A DNA stretch of 63,997 nucleotides, the filler included, from Basidiobolus ranarum (Eukaryota): NCBI GenBank assembly GCA_040143965.1. It is 3 parts of 3 records of this genome, joined end to end, with 100 filler letters (N's around TTAATTAATTAA, not from the genome) between each part and the next. Parts side by side here need not be neighbours in the genome. Positions count along the whole stretch, not along the records: positions 1 to 21,387 come from JASJQH010007081.1; 2 more parts are not named here. One strand, written 5' to 3'. Below are positions 1 to 13,887 of the stretch, piece after piece. Position 1 is the stretch's first letter. Each line of letters starts with the position of its first letter. The position numbers and the translations under genes were made by a program. The notes beneath the pieces were generated by a model. The model saw only the letters and a list, made by a program, of their open reading frames with translations, ran no database searches and was not told where the DNA came from.

Positions 1-3000
1 CTGCCAATCTTCCCCCAGATTCAGAGGTTTCCTCTAAAGACCTCGGAAATTCCCTTGTCTTCCCCTTATCTTCCGAAGAGGACCAAACGTTTGATTTCAA
101 CGAAGTTCAGGGTCATCTCTTCTTTATTGGTCATCGTGTTGAAGATACAAGTATTCCTAAGGGCTTTCCCCTTGCAACCAGTCCAGAGCCTGTAGTATTA
201 CAATCTCCTGAACAAGAATCCTATTTCGAAGCAGAATTTGCCAACAAATTAACCAATCCAAATTCGGGCTCACAAGTAGCGGAATATATACAAAGTGTTC
301 GTATTCGTGCACGAATATGTAAATCAGTGCTTTGGTGCGATGTGGGTGAAACTGGCATTAATTTTGATGATTGTATCGCTGGAGAAACCTATTTTAAAGA
401 TTTTAGTATTGCTAATCGATCTGAAATCCCACTCTCTTGGTCTCTTAGTGTAGTCGGCCTTACCAATACCCAGTTAAATGATAATCTGACTCTTACTGAC
501 TATGATAGCGGTGAGTCTATTGAGGATAAATGTTTACCTGCTTATTCGTATTATCGAATTCGAGTTACCTTTAAGCCTCAAGAAACTGGAGATTATAACT
601 ATGTACTACAACTGGAAAATGAAAATGATTCTACAAATGTCATGTTCATTCGATTACACGCACAAGTTGGAACTGTAGCTAAGGAGGAGTCTCTTGTCAT
701 GAGCAGTGGAAATGTTCTTGACTTTGGCGACTGCTATGGTGGTATATGGGCTCAGCAAAAAATCACCCTGAAAAATGTCGGTGGAGCACCTCTGGAAGTT
801 CATTTCTCTGCGGAGAATGCTGAAGTGCTGTTTTCCATTATAGTAGAGGAGGATACTAACCGTAGCAAGTCGGACTCCAATTTGCAATCTATTCCTGAAG
901 ATAGTGATCTTTCACTTGGTGGAAATTATGACGGTGAAATGATTACTTCTGGACGGATGTCAATGATTACCAGTACCGCTGGTTCGCCCAATTCATCCCC
1001 TACCCTGCGAGCCATTGAGATGGATCAAATTAGTGAATCAGATATTTCCGAAATATCTACCAGTAGACGCCATTCTTCATTGAAAGGATTTGACGATGAC
1101 AGTATCGTATCGAAAGAAGGCCCTAACCGAGGCTCTCAAAACGAAAGTGAGGGAACAGTGCAAATTGATGAATTGATACTTCGTTCTGGCCGGGAAAAGA
1201 CCGTCATTGTATCTTATAAGCCTAAAAAAGATGACTCAGTTAGAGAGTTTAAAGCAGGTGAATTGACGAAACGCACCTTCAAGATCATTCTTCAATATTC
1301 TACTATGAATACTGGCGGAGGGGGCGCACAATCGAACTTCGGAACTGAGAAGAAGGTGATCCAATGTAAAACTCGAGCCTGTACTTCATTCATCGATATT
1401 CTCCCAAAAGAAGTCAATTTTGGAGACACCAATGTCGGGATTCTAAAATCCGTTCCAATTCAAATCATCAATCTGTCAGAACTTCCAGCAAAGGTTCAGT
1501 TGCGTTTTACTTCCAAAGTATTGAGTTGCTTGCAGGATGTGATATCGATTCCTGCTAAACAGTCTGTTGAGGTCAAACTTGACATTAAGCCTCGTAAAGT
1601 CAATCCAGATTATAGAAAGCAAGTCAACGTAGTTAACCTTCAGAATAGAGATGATGATCAGTTTGTACAAGTGAAGAGTGTTCACGTCGATCAAAATGGA
1701 GTCACTTTCCATTCACTTTTCTATAGAACTCTTCTTCCAAATGGCACTCATTATCTCGACTTTGGAGACATGATCATTAACTCACCCAAAGTAAAATGTA
1801 TATCAGTAGAGAATATCAGCCGCAAGTCTTTGACATTGGAGATGTATTCATCATTACCTAATGAGTTGGTAATCTACACGGAGAAGAAGGAAACCAATCC
1901 CCTCACTAGTTCAAATACTCCCAATCTACACTCCGACACTCCCAACAACACAGCAGTCAAACGAATGAAGCCCACCAGCGAGCGTCGGGAAAAACTTCTG
2001 GAAGAAATAGGGGATCGTAGGGTGCAAAAGAAGGCATCATCCACCTCGACTACAACTATTCCTAGTTTTCTGAATATCTCTGAAAGTCTAAGCAATGGCT
2101 CCTTGGTTCCACCTAGTAACAGTCAACAAGATGCTTCAAGCAAAGCTAATCGTAATAAATCCTCGTCTACGGTGAATCGCGAATCTACTAATCCTCGGAC
2201 AGAATATCTAGATTTGGCGTCGCCTTTCGTGAATGAATCTCAAATCAAATCACCTAGATCCAAGCGTGCTGTAACAAACACAGATTCTCCAACCAACCGA
2301 AAGAACAGTAAGGCATCTAATATGGGACAAACTAACATGGGATTAAACAGTCTGGGCTTAGATTTACGAGACGAAGTCTTTGAAGATGATATGTTCAAGC
2401 CACGCATTCGCCTTTTCGATGAAATCAAACTGTCGAGCCTAAAAAACGATCAGTCTAGCAAAATCACTCATCGCAGCCTTAGCAGTGACTTTTTGTCAGC
2501 TATGGGTGAGGATATGAACCAACCTTACATAAAGCCTACTGACGAAGTAAACCAACTGGAGCGTCCAGTAGCTACCATTCTCAGTGATCTGGAAAAGAAT
2601 CTGTCGATTGCTCCACCCCTTTTCCCAGGCCCCGTTCTCGAGGAAAAGTTCGTCAAAAATCAAATGGACTTGAGAAGAGACCTAAATGGGTTAATCCACA
2701 ATGGCCTTCTGGTCGAATCACCCATTATTGAGATCCCGCCAAACTCCAAGACGCAAATTATCCTTGTATTCACTCCCAAAGGTAGACCAAATATCCAAGG
2801 AGTGCCTAGAAAATATGACTCTACTTTGTTTGTCAAACTGGTCGACTTTGACCGGGAGATCTATCAGCCACATTTCGATGCTTTGGTAAATGGGGATTCT
2901 TCACAGATCCCCGTCAGAGAAGTCACGGTACGTTCGTCAATATGTCGAACCATCATGGATCTTGGCCAAAAGAACATCAACTTTGGTTTGTTTGAGAAGG

Positions 3001-6000
3001 GGGAGAGCAGAGAACGAACGATGGTCATCAGAAATCGATGTGAGGCCCCGTTGTTGTTTGGTATCCGCAAGTCTGGTTCCATTGCATCTGGCGATATTGG
3101 GTTCGAAAATGGACGGTATGGAGTTGTCAGAGGCTATGGTAAGCGTGAAGTGAATTTTGTATTTGAGCCAAGTCTTGCTGGTCGTTTCTACGAAAAGATC
3201 GTAGTGCGCAATGTTCAAGATCGTTCTAATGATCAGATCATGATTGTTAAAGCGCAAATTAGAAAACCTTTCAATTTCTTCCTTCAATCGTCCTCGATTG
3301 ATTTTGGCCCTTGTTTGGTTGATCAAGCATCCTCGAAAGTCCGAAGCATCGTGATTAGTAACACAAACAAGCATGCACGATTATTTGAAATCCATGCTGA
3401 TATTGAACAACTGAAGTTTGGAACGTATCAAGGCGAAATTATATTTGAGGTTACAGAGGATACTGGTGACAGATCAGGTAAATCCACTGGAGGCTTATGG
3501 ATCGGAAGTGGCTTGGTTAGTCAAGAAGTCGAAGAGCAGATTGAAAGTATGGAACAAAAGATCAAAATCGCTCGACGCAAAGGAAGAGAAGATAAGGTGA
3601 AGAAGCTGCTAACTAAGATTCAGAAGTTGAAGCGTGGTGAGCCATTACCTTTAGGAGGTGAGGCTGATGAGGAACCAGATGATGACGCTAAAGAGGATTC
3701 CAAATCATCCAAAGGGAAAGCAGTTGACGATGCTTCATCCGTAGGCAAGGACGAAGCTAGCCAGACCGAAGGAGATAAGCAATCCTCTAGTGAGCGGGCT
3801 TCTAGCTTGGTGACTTCGGAGTCGAAGAGCAAGAAATCCATCAACTCCATAATCTTCTCAGTAGCTCCCAGATCTATACAGAATATTTCGGTCTATTTCA
3901 AGCCTTACCGCAGCGGGAATACTCAAAAACGTTTAAACAATAATGATCTCCCTTCAACTTCGGAAGTGATCACTGGACAATTGATTGTTCACGAGCATAA
4001 GAATACCGATGTTTGCAAACACATTACGTTCCGGTCAATCGTCTGCTCAGATTATTATAGTTATGTGAAAGTCTCTTCCCAGTACAATGATTCCAATCCT
4101 GATGAGGAGACTGGGGATCTTACCGGAGCACCGTTTTCGAGTAACATCAGTGAGCTTTGGCTTGATTCTAGACCAATAAGCACGGTAGTATCCCAAGAGG
4201 GGAGTCTGCTATCTTCTCCAGTTTCAACTCCAGCCAATCCTTTCGATAGTATCGCTACGATCCCCGGACAAGAGCAGATTCCCACTTTTTGCGTCGATCT
4301 ATTCTTACTCGATGTAGGCAAGGTTGAAATTGGACAGAAGGTCAACTGCTACGTAACTGTAAGCAATCAATTAGAGAAGCCCCTGACACTTTTGGTTAAC
4401 AATGAGCAAAACAGCCGTTCCCTCTACTTCGATACAAATTCCATAATACTTGAGGCTAATGAAACTCGTAGATTTGATTTCAAAGTAATAGGCTCGGAAT
4501 TGGGCTTAAGAGAGGAGAACCTAACTATCAGCAATGTGATCACGGGAGAGTCGCATCCGTTAAAAATTCGTTCATTTGTGCATCGTTCACATTACCTTAG
4601 CTTCCCTTCCTTGAGTGATGGTAGCCAGGAAATTCTGGATCTCAGCTACTGCTATGTCGACCCAGGCCGGAAGTACTCGCAAATCACCCCTCTTTTGGTA
4701 GAAAATATCTCGGATGATGATATATACATCACTTGTCAGAGTAATCTTGCCCAACAAGTTCACATCTTCTTAGATGAAAAGGGAGAGCGTGGTGGTGTTA
4801 CAGACTTGTTATTGAGAAAGCATCATAAACGAACTGTTTGGGTTGCCCTACAACCTAATCTTCTATCTTCATATGCTGGTGCTGGAACCAAAAAGAATTC
4901 AGGAAACGATTCTAATGAAGTTGAAGTTGCGGAAACGAAGGATGATTCTGATGATTGTCGTACATTGATTGGTGGCTTGAAGTTTTCAGTCAAAATACCA
5001 ACCTATCTAACCACTGATTTACTTGAGAATTCAGATTCCCAAGAAAAGGAGAGTTCAAAGCTTCTACTGGTTACCCAGACCGTCAGATTTACTTCACTCA
5101 TCGGTCAGTCCTCTTTAGCAGTATCTCACAAGGTGATCAATTTAGGCTCTACCAAGACACTCGGTGAGATCTTTTACGGTTCATTTACGCTCAAGAATCT
5201 GACTGCACGTCTGCCTGCTGAATACCGTCTTGAATGTCCGAGTGGTTGTGTAGTGTTTGATAGAACGAGAGGAAATCTGGATGCTCGACTCTCTTTCAAA
5301 GCTGAGCATCCCGATAACGAAGAAAGCACCGAGGAGCATGACGATTCTCATCTTCATGTCAAGTCCCAAACGACAGTTACATTTAGAGTTACAAGAAATC
5401 AATATGGATTGTTCAAAGATTTCATCAATATTGTGAATGTCAATAACTCGGCCCAGGTACTTCAAGTAGAGGTTCGTCTATTCGTGGACCCAGGGCAATT
5501 ATATATCAAATACCCGATGCTCGATAGTCATACTGATTCATCTAATACCGATGCTGACACTGTTTTCAAAGATGTCAAAGCTAGTCATCATGAACTTCTA
5601 CGTAAGAAGTCATTTGGTGGAGATGATGAAGTGGAGAAGTTTACTGTCTTGTACTGGAAAACTGTCTACGTATCACTCGACCATCTCACCGACGTTACTT
5701 CTGTGCATGAGACTCCTGAAGATGGTTGCTGCTCTTTCAAGATTGAAACTGGGTCAACACTGAATAAAAAGGTGTCTTACAGCCATTGTCTCGAAATCCA
5801 TGGCTTGACTCAGGAAGCCATGCATATCGTCCCTCGAAGCGATTTGGATCTCTCTATCGATCTGTCACCCCGTTATCTTTTAGACTCAGACAATGAAACG
5901 GACCCATCAGATATGATTACTTTTCCAAAGTGTGGGCCCACCTTCAAAGTTGACCCTGGTCAAAAGGTTCAACTTTTCGTCAATTCACCAAATCCTCAAG

Positions 6001-9000
6001 CTCTTAGTGGCGATGCCCTTGCAAAGCTGAAGGATGGGAAGAAAGTCAAGGTTCGTGGCATTCTTGTGTTTGAAAATATTTTGACTCACACTGTGGTTGG
6101 TGCATGCGAAATATCTGCATATCTTTGCATGTCCAATGGTATGCTAAATTCATCCACCGTCGATCTCGGGAAGATTGGCTACGTCGACTCTTGGAAAGTA
6201 GTCAACTTCAGCTTTGATTTGGTGAATACCTCGGATTGTTTGATGTACTGCAGCGTTACCAACCCTTCACCGATCGAGATTCTAAGGAGTCCTGAATATG
6301 ATTCGTATTGTTTCTCCCGAGACAATCATATTGTTCTCAAACCATACGAAAAAAAACAAATCCAAGCCATGTTGAAGCCCCGAAGGATCCAAGATTACTC
6401 TTCAGGGCTTAGAGAGTTCGTAGTTGAAATGTCCAACATATTCAACCCATCGAACAAGATGTTACTCAATGTCAAAGCTACTCTCACCTCGTTTGAATTG
6501 AACTTTGATCGTCTTACCGGGGGTCAAGTCATTCTTCCGATATTGCAATGCCCATCACCTGCCGATGCGGTTGCTTGTGATTCTTGGTTCACTATTATCA
6601 ATGCTAGTGAGGAAGATGTGAGATTTGAACTTGGTGTAGATTTAGATTTGGTCGTATCGGAGTTCATTAGAGTGGAAGTGCTTTCTCGTTTCTCAAACTC
6701 TCCTCTGACTGGAGCGATCTCTTTGAGCCCTCTTGGGTCAATCGAGGTTCGAGTTCGTGCCTTTTCACTTGACACCTCTGCTCTCAAAAACAGGCTGACT
6801 GCTTACTTGAGTCACCATGATGGGGTTTCACTCGGTCGAATCTGGGTTGCTACACTACGTTCCGAAAGTAGCACCTCCTCAGCCCTCTCAATCGCAGAGC
6901 ATATACCTATTCGCGGAACAATAGTAGAAGGGCCCACCTTCTCCTTATCCAACAAACATATTGAGTTCAAGACTTTCATTTTCCCAGACAGTGAAGAAGG
7001 AAACGCCGAGAGCGGGAATCCCGATTCTTCAACGCAAGATTCTTCTTCTGATTTGCCCAACCAACACCTGAATCTCATCAAGGAGATCCTTAGCTCCCAT
7101 CAAAGTCAAGAAGAAGTGGTGACTATTAGTAATCTAATGGGAATACTCCCACTACGCTTCAAGGTGAATATCGAAGCACCGTCTGAACTGCCGATCCAGA
7201 AATTGATCAAGATCAGTCCTTTAGACGATGAAATGTGTGGAACCGTTTTGCCAGGAGGAAAGCTCGATCTTTCAATTCAGCTTCTAACACCGCTCTTGGG
7301 GATTTCTGACGATCTTAAGATTCAGATCTATGACCTTGACTCTGTATCAGGAAAGCCGGAGATGATTCTTGTGGGAATTGTCTCTGAGAATTGCTTCAGT
7401 GAAAACAAGGAGGAGCCATCTTCTGCAGACAACAATGACGGGAACTCTAAGTTGACCGAGGCTTCCCCAATATCTGCAACGGCCCCGATGGTTGAGTTTC
7501 CCTCAGCTCGCGCCCTTCCAAAGTTTTATCTCCGTGGTTGTAAGCGTGTAGAAACCAGCCATCACTCGAAAAAGTATCTTCTAGATCTTGGCCAACAAGA
7601 TGTCGGCTCTAACACCATAACTAAGAAGCTGACTATCGAAAACATATCATCTGAGCGATTACCCTACAGAATCAAAACCATCTCAAGCGCTGATCAAAGC
7701 TGGATTGCTATCAGTCAGACAGAGGGGGTGCTAGAAACTACGAGTGATGCCAACACCCATACGATAGTGTTGAACTTCATGACAGGCATTCGAAATATTT
7801 ATTCTACTTATTTAGTAATTGAAAATGTCTTGAATCCTGCCGACACCAAGACAGTTCGAATCACGATGGAGGTCAGTGCCCTATATATCATATCACATAA
7901 CATGTCGATTCTTATCACATTTACATCTCATGTCAACAGGTTGTTGCTAAGCATAACGTTCGCCGCGCCCAAGGAGCACCCCATGAGAATCGAGTCTTTG
8001 ATGTGTTTGTCAATGGTTTGGATACTCGTCAGAACTTCATTTATTTCACCAACTTGTTTTATTATACGGAATACACCACAAGAAGCTTCGTCGTATACAA
8101 CTACGAAACGGTTCCCCTTGAGTTTTCGGTTAGCTTTTCTTACCAATTGCATTTTATCAACCCTTGAGCTAATCTTCAATTTCCAAATACAGCTGAAAAC
8201 CAACTTGTCCTACGAAGATGAAAGTGAAATATTGTTTTCTACATCACGAACCTCTGCCAAACTTTTCAAGAACCTCGTCGTCGGACCTGACTCTAATGTC
8301 CGTGTGTACATTCGATTCAAGCCTGGCCCCTCACTTGAAATTAAAAAGCTCATTGAATCCGGTGAAAGAAATGTTGAAGAAATAGAGAACAAAGTGATCG
8401 AAATTACCGTTAATTGCCGTCTTGTGAAAGACTATCAAATGTCGATATTTCTTAAAGCTGAATGTAGAATGCCATCTTGTCAATTGTTAAAGGAGAGCAC
8501 GACATTCTTCGGTATGACTGACCTCATTAAGTTGGTCCTCTCTGGTTTGTTACTCATTACTAAATACCTTTTTGCCTTAGGGAATGTCCTGCATCATGAA
8601 AATACAGATGAAGTGGAGTGGGAGGTATCGCTCGAAGAGGATTATCTTCCATTGACATTGAAGAACATTGTGAATCAGCCTCTCGCTTTTGAAATCATGA
8701 ATGATACCATTTATTTCTTGGTTGAAGCACAAAACAACATCAAATCGGTGTTGCCTCATGAGTCGTGTGAAGTACTGGTGAAGCCCAACATTGAAGCTAT
8801 TCAACTTCGAGCGAATTCGTTACGCAAGGTAAGCTGACCTCTCTTGGCGTGAAGACAAAGGGATATTTTCAGTTCTCTAATTGCGGATGTTCTTTCAAAT
8901 AGGAAAAGTATATTCAGGAAACCATCGTCATATACAACCGTCTTCGACCAACTGAAAAGCACTGGGTTCCCATTAGACTAAATCTTGGGAAATTTAAGAA

Positions 9001-9732
9001 ATTCCAGGTAATTTGAACATGGCACTTTGAAATCATACTCACCCCACCATATTGACAAACATTTGTTTGCTTTCTAGATGTCCTCAGGATATAAAAGCTC
9101 ATTTGTTTACAACACCTTAGAATCTTGCATCATTGATTTCCTTAGTGAGTTCCATAGCAACGCATCTCTTTTATCCCCAGACGGCATTGAGGCGGTAAGA
9201 ACAGCCCACTTCTCAATTTGGTACATTTAGAGGCTATTATTGATTTGCTTCACTTGTTTAGAATCCGGCAAATGAGCTCGTCGTATCGGATCTTGAATTC
9301 CAATATTCATACATTGTGGATCAGTTGGTGTATTACGGCACCATAGCCACGGGAGAAGCGTATCTTCAGATGGCGAACTTGTTGTTCAGGTATGATTACA
9401 ACGCTACGGCTCGATACCATTTGGCATTTGCTAACAAGATACATTCCACAGCATGCTCTTTAGTAATGAAATATTCCAGAGACTTGCACCGGCAAGCTTG
9501 TACGAGAATGAAGAAACGCGAGTTTGGCCCGCATACCTTGCTAAATGGGTAAACTATTCCCTTGCTATCCTATCATCCTACGATTATCCAATACTTACTT
9601 GCATCCTTTTAGATCGTTGCGCTTGACTATTTTGCTTCCTTTTTCCCATATCCCGATTCAAGACTTGAGACGTTAAAGGATTTGGTGAAAATGTACATAA
9701 TTCAGCCTGACAAGAAATTGATGTCATCATGA
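1..9732 (+). CDS. Giant (>3000 aa, 5'-incomplete) protein of tandem ASH/PapD-like Ig-fold modules (Hydin/CFAP47-like architecture)
   Basis: The frame is open from base 3, so the start lies upstream of the window. One exon of >7.8 kb is followed by GT-AG introns at 7872-7939, 8129-8192, 8512-8580, 8829-8902, 9008-9077, ~9196-9261, 9390-9451 and 9550-9612; TGA at 9730-9732. About 11 recurrences of (L/I/V)(D/N)(F/L/V)G followed by a strand ending IxN (INFDD, LDFGD, VNFGD, LDFGD, INFG, IDFG, LDVG, LDLS, INLG, VDLG, LDLG). Confidence 0.75.
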
Positions 9733-10012
9733 GACTTGTTTGATATATACTGACCCTACGCTTCATCTGGCTCATTCGCTTCATTTATAATGTAATAATA
9801 TCATTCTATATTCAGATTCACAATTATGTATAATGGTGGAGGTGTTAAGGTGTTTTGCTTCTATCCACGTTTGTCTCTGTCTCTGTATGTTGACTGCATA
9901 TCATCAAAGATGAATAGTAAAATGTCCCCTTGATCCCATCGATCGCATGACTATTAAACCACCCTTGTATCCTATACACGCTATTTCCAGACCGAAAGAA
10001 AATCAATGTTCT

Positions 10013-10094
10013 ATGTGAGAAGTGGCAATGACAGTGTTTAATTAGATATCCAGAATGTGAGAAGTGGCAATGACAGTGTTTAATTAGATATCCA
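10013..10094. repeat. 42-bp direct tandem duplication
   Basis: atgtgagaagtggcaatgacagtgtttaattagatatcca occurs at 10013 and 10055. Confidence 0.9.
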
Positions 10095-10165
10095 TACAAA
10101 TTAGAACTTACAATATAAGAAAAGCTGGAATTGATTGAAACTAAGCACAAGAGGGGATAGATTAT

Positions 10166-11244
10166 TTATAAGTCACGAACTGATTTCTCCTCAGTCACAA
10201 TCTTATCTACTACTTTAATATTACGTGATAGAAACTCCAGTGTCTCCACTCCAATTTCACTCTCAAGGCACTTGAGGGATTCTAGATCAATAGTCTTTAG
10301 ATCACATTGAATACCTTCGCACTCAAGGCTTTGTATTAAACTGGAGATCTCATCCAATTCCTTTTTGAACCGTTTTTGAGTGAAATGATGTTCGCGCCAC
10401 ATTGACAATGTCATGGTAGCTTTGGATTTAAGCAAACATGCCAATGCCAGTTTTTTTCCTTCCATAGGTTGGGTCAATGTATCGGCCCATCTACCAAGCG
10501 CTATACCAATCCATTTCCAAATATTGTAATCGGCCTTACGGATCTTTAAATAGCGAGTGAATATGTTGAGAGCATCTAAATCAATACAGCAATGATATAT
10601 TAGTAAAGCTGATATTATTAACATTAAAGGTACTTCCTATCTTACCCTTGTATCTTTCAACTCGAGTATACACTTGTCCACGAAGATACATATGACCAGG
10701 CTCGTTTGTAGCCTAGAATGATATACAAAGAATGAGAGTAAGACACCTATTTCATTGATTTTTGTGCGATGCTTTTGTCGTACCAGTTTATCAGCGTGTT
10801 TCTCAGCTATCTCCAATTTTTCTAAGCGTAAAGCACAGCGTACAATAGTTTCATCCATCTCTTTGGTATTACGAAGTTTGGTGATACCTTTGTTGTCTAT
10901 GACATAGTTCACATATTTCAAAGCGAGCTCCAAAGCTTCTTCATACTTTCCTTGTAGATAAAAAAGATCTACCGCACTTTTCACTTGTAAAGGTCCATGC
11001 TTCTCCTCCATTAGTTGCTCAAAAGGGGTTTCTACTTGATGAAACCACTAGAAATATAAGAGACGGGTTTACAAGGGAATTATTAAGCTATAATGGAATT
11101 GCCGAGTAGACTTACCCCATGTGTATCCTGTTTAGGGTAGTATTTCTCCTCTTCAGGAGGGATTTCACCTGATAATTCAGAGACTATTTCTTCTTCAGTT
11201 CGAACAAATTGAAAAATCCCATGAGATTCTACCGCTTCACTCAT
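10166..11244 (-). CDS. TPR-like helical protein resembling C8orf76 family
   Basis: Four exons joined by GT-AG introns. Spliced product MSEAVESHG...YYPKQDTHG|WFHQVE...DLFYLQGKYEEALE...KEMDETIVRCALRLEKLEIAEKHADKL parallels the remembered C8orf76 pattern (YxxK...WF...DLAYRRQEYQKAL...RDVQEGQARCL). Confidence 0.55.
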
Positions 11245-11808
11245 TTTAACTTGGCCTCTTTTTTACACACGAAAAGAAGCAACCAAACTCTCTTTTGGAG
11301 ACTTGGGAGATTGAATATTCAGCACCATGATGAATAGGGAAATGAGGATTAGATTTTTGGAAAATCACCAGATTTCGAAAAGAAAAAAAAGTTCACCAAT
11401 ATAAAATTGAATTTCCGAAGTTAGTTTGTTAAATAGGATAAGTTAAGAAATTCATGTCATTGTGTAACTTGGTGAAAAACGTGGTAAAATGAAATCACGC
11501 CATGTATATGATCTCCCCTTGGACTGTAGGCTCTCGTGTTCATGTAAAGTGAAATGAAACATCGATATTTACTAAGCAAAGGAGATAATCAACAATCATA
11601 CCTCGTCTTTGTGTTCAGACCTTGGCTATTATTGCGGAAGGGTTGGATTTATGTGAGTGTAACAGAGGGTCCATAATACAAGGACATTTCCTTTAATTAT
11701 AGGATTTTCACTAGCAAGTGGCATCCAAAAGACATGATGAAAGGATGGTTATGAGTCATTACGAATGTTACATATATAAAGAGCTGGACCAAGATTAGTC
11801 CATCTAAT

Positions 11809-12210
11809 ATGCGATATCTACTATTTCTAACGTTGACAAGCTCCCAATACTTACTAGCATCATGTCAGTCTTCTTCAGAGGCCAATTCAAGTTTAGGAAC
11901 ATCCACTACTAAAATCCCCTATATACTAGGTGGGGTGCTTTCAATTATTGTGGTGATATTGGCAATTGTCTACATCATATACCGAGGGTGGAGGATGTTG
12001 GCTTATCGCAAGGAGCATAAACGTAGAGTCCAACTGGCGTTAGAAGACCGCCAGATTCATGCATCGAGAAATGATACGGAGTTACCTCAATATTCCATTA
12101 GAGCTTCTCAAGTAACTCTACCAAGTAGCATAGTAGAAACTTTATCAGTTGGTATTCAACTGAAATCGTATGTATCACCACCACCACCTATTTACAGTAC
12201 TTCCGGTTAA
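11809..12210 (+). CDS. Small single-pass membrane protein with PY motifs
   Basis: Signal peptide, TM segment IPYILGGVLSIIVVILAIVYIIY, basic stop-transfer, cytosolic LPQY and PPPIY motifs. TATATAAA about 35 nt upstream. Confidence 0.6.
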   Translation: MRYLLFLTLTSSQYLLASCQSSSEANSSLGTSTTKIPYILGGVLSIIVVILAIVYIIYRGWRMLAYRKEHKRRVQLALEDRQIHASRNDTELPQYSIRASQVTLPSSIVETLSVGIQLKSYVSPPPPIYSTSG

Positions 12211-12914
12211 TGTACATAGTAAAAGTGGGTTCGTAATTCAGGAATTAAATCCATCTGCCACGTAATCTAAACTAATACTCAGTTGACTTCTCATAGTTTA
12301 ACTCGTCAATGTCTGAGGTTTTCTTACTCTACAGATACACCAATACAAATAGGACTGAAGTGACAGAAATTTAGCTACATATAGTGAGTGGTACAATTTA
12401 TTATATAAAGCCCTCAAGCATGTACATACCTCATTGTGAATACTAAACCGAATTAGGGTCACAGAATACAATTGGATCTCACCTTATGTGACTTCTTAAT
12501 TGCATACATTGTTTACTCAGTATCAAATCGAATAATTATGATAGTGATGGCATTTACCACTTTCCTGTTAAAATGATAAAACTTGGTAACTTGCTTATAT
12601 TTAAGAAATAATTACAAGAAATACGAAAACTGAATCGTGAGTAAATGCATGCATTTATTCAAATATCATATATATATATATAGACTGTATTAGATGAGGG
12701 TCCCGTTCTCTCTCAGAACCACTAGTTCTAATATTTTGAAGAGTGATTCTGGTGACAAATAAGGATACCTAATGCACGAAGTTTCTTAAAGAACAACATA
12801 ATAAGAAGGAATACCCGCTATCCTTCAATAATAACCATAGTCATCTTTATTGATAAGCATAATTTTCACCAAAGTAACAGAGCACATATATTCGTTGAGA
12901 AAATTCGAGATCAT

Positions 12915-13148
12915 TTACGCAGCTAACTCTACAAAACCAGGAAAGCATTGATCCAAAGGTTTTCCGTGCTTATTTTCAGAATGTTCAGATAATGCTTTGG
13001 ACCGGATGGTACATAAGAACGTCTGTCTACAGGTTTGACAAACAACAGTCTGTGCTTTCTCATTCGCCTTTAGTTGACTTGTGGAGCCTTTGCTGTTTTT
13101 GGCGGCGTTTCGTTCGCGTTTATGTAGGGCTTTTTGACCGTTACCCAT
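12915..13148 (-). CDS. ZNF706/At2g23090-like small 4F5-C2H2 zinc-finger protein
   Basis: MGNGQKALHKRERN N-terminus, SQLKAN, CQTC...H-SENK-H zinc finger and CFP tail typical of this family. Confidence 0.85.
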   Translation of the reverse strand: MGNGQKALHKRERNAAKNSKGSTSQLKANEKAQTVVCQTCRQTFLCTIRSKALSEHSENKHGKPLDQCFPGFVELAA

Positions 13149-13887
13149 GTCTAAGTAAAATGATGATGATGTATTAGAGAAGCAGTTGAAGAGGCAGTGC
13201 CATCTTCATGGGTTATATACCTTTAGTACTCCTTATTATTCGCCCCCTCTCCTCTCACCATAATCGAGGGGTGAGATAACTAACAATGTGGCTCTTCTGC
13301 CATGAGCTACTGATGAAACCACTGTCCCTAAATCCCATCCTCTTACCAAAAAAGTCCAATCGAACTCGTTGATGTTTGGCCATTATACTTGAACAATTTC
13401 AGGGGCTCAATGTACCGGTATTGCCTATCATCACCATCAACTTCAACTCATGTTTAAATAGTCAAATATCGTAGCTCAGTTTCAGGAGCCAATATGTCCC
13501 CTAAAAGATACATCAGTATCCGTCAATATCTCAACAACTTCACCAAAATTCGATACAGATAATATGGTTTATAAAATAAGCATAATAGCGACCATAATCG
13601 CGACCAAGTACATATACTATTATAAAATAAATGAATCAGCAAGGCTTTCACAAAAGCAGTCTCGGAGTGGGGGATGAGCATGTCAGACAGTAATTAATGT
13701 GAGATTGTCATCAAAAGGGCGCAACAACAGTGTTATATTCAGTATAGTGACAGGAAGAGAAAGGTCAATATGCATCTATCAGATTCTATTTTCAAAAGGT
13801 AGCAAACAAAGGGGAAATACAAAGAGAACAGAAAATACAAGGAAGTGTGTATTAAAAAGAAATAAGACATTGGTTCAATGGTGAGAT

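Noticed and set aside
654-8804. Numerous short antisense or alternate-frame ORFs inside the giant gene and other CDSs
   Set aside because: Shadow ORFs without independent coding signals.
13340-13500. Minus-strand exon-like stretch with two stops (DILAPETELRY...YRYIEPLKLF)
   Set aside because: Too short and unidentifiable to call a pseudogene.
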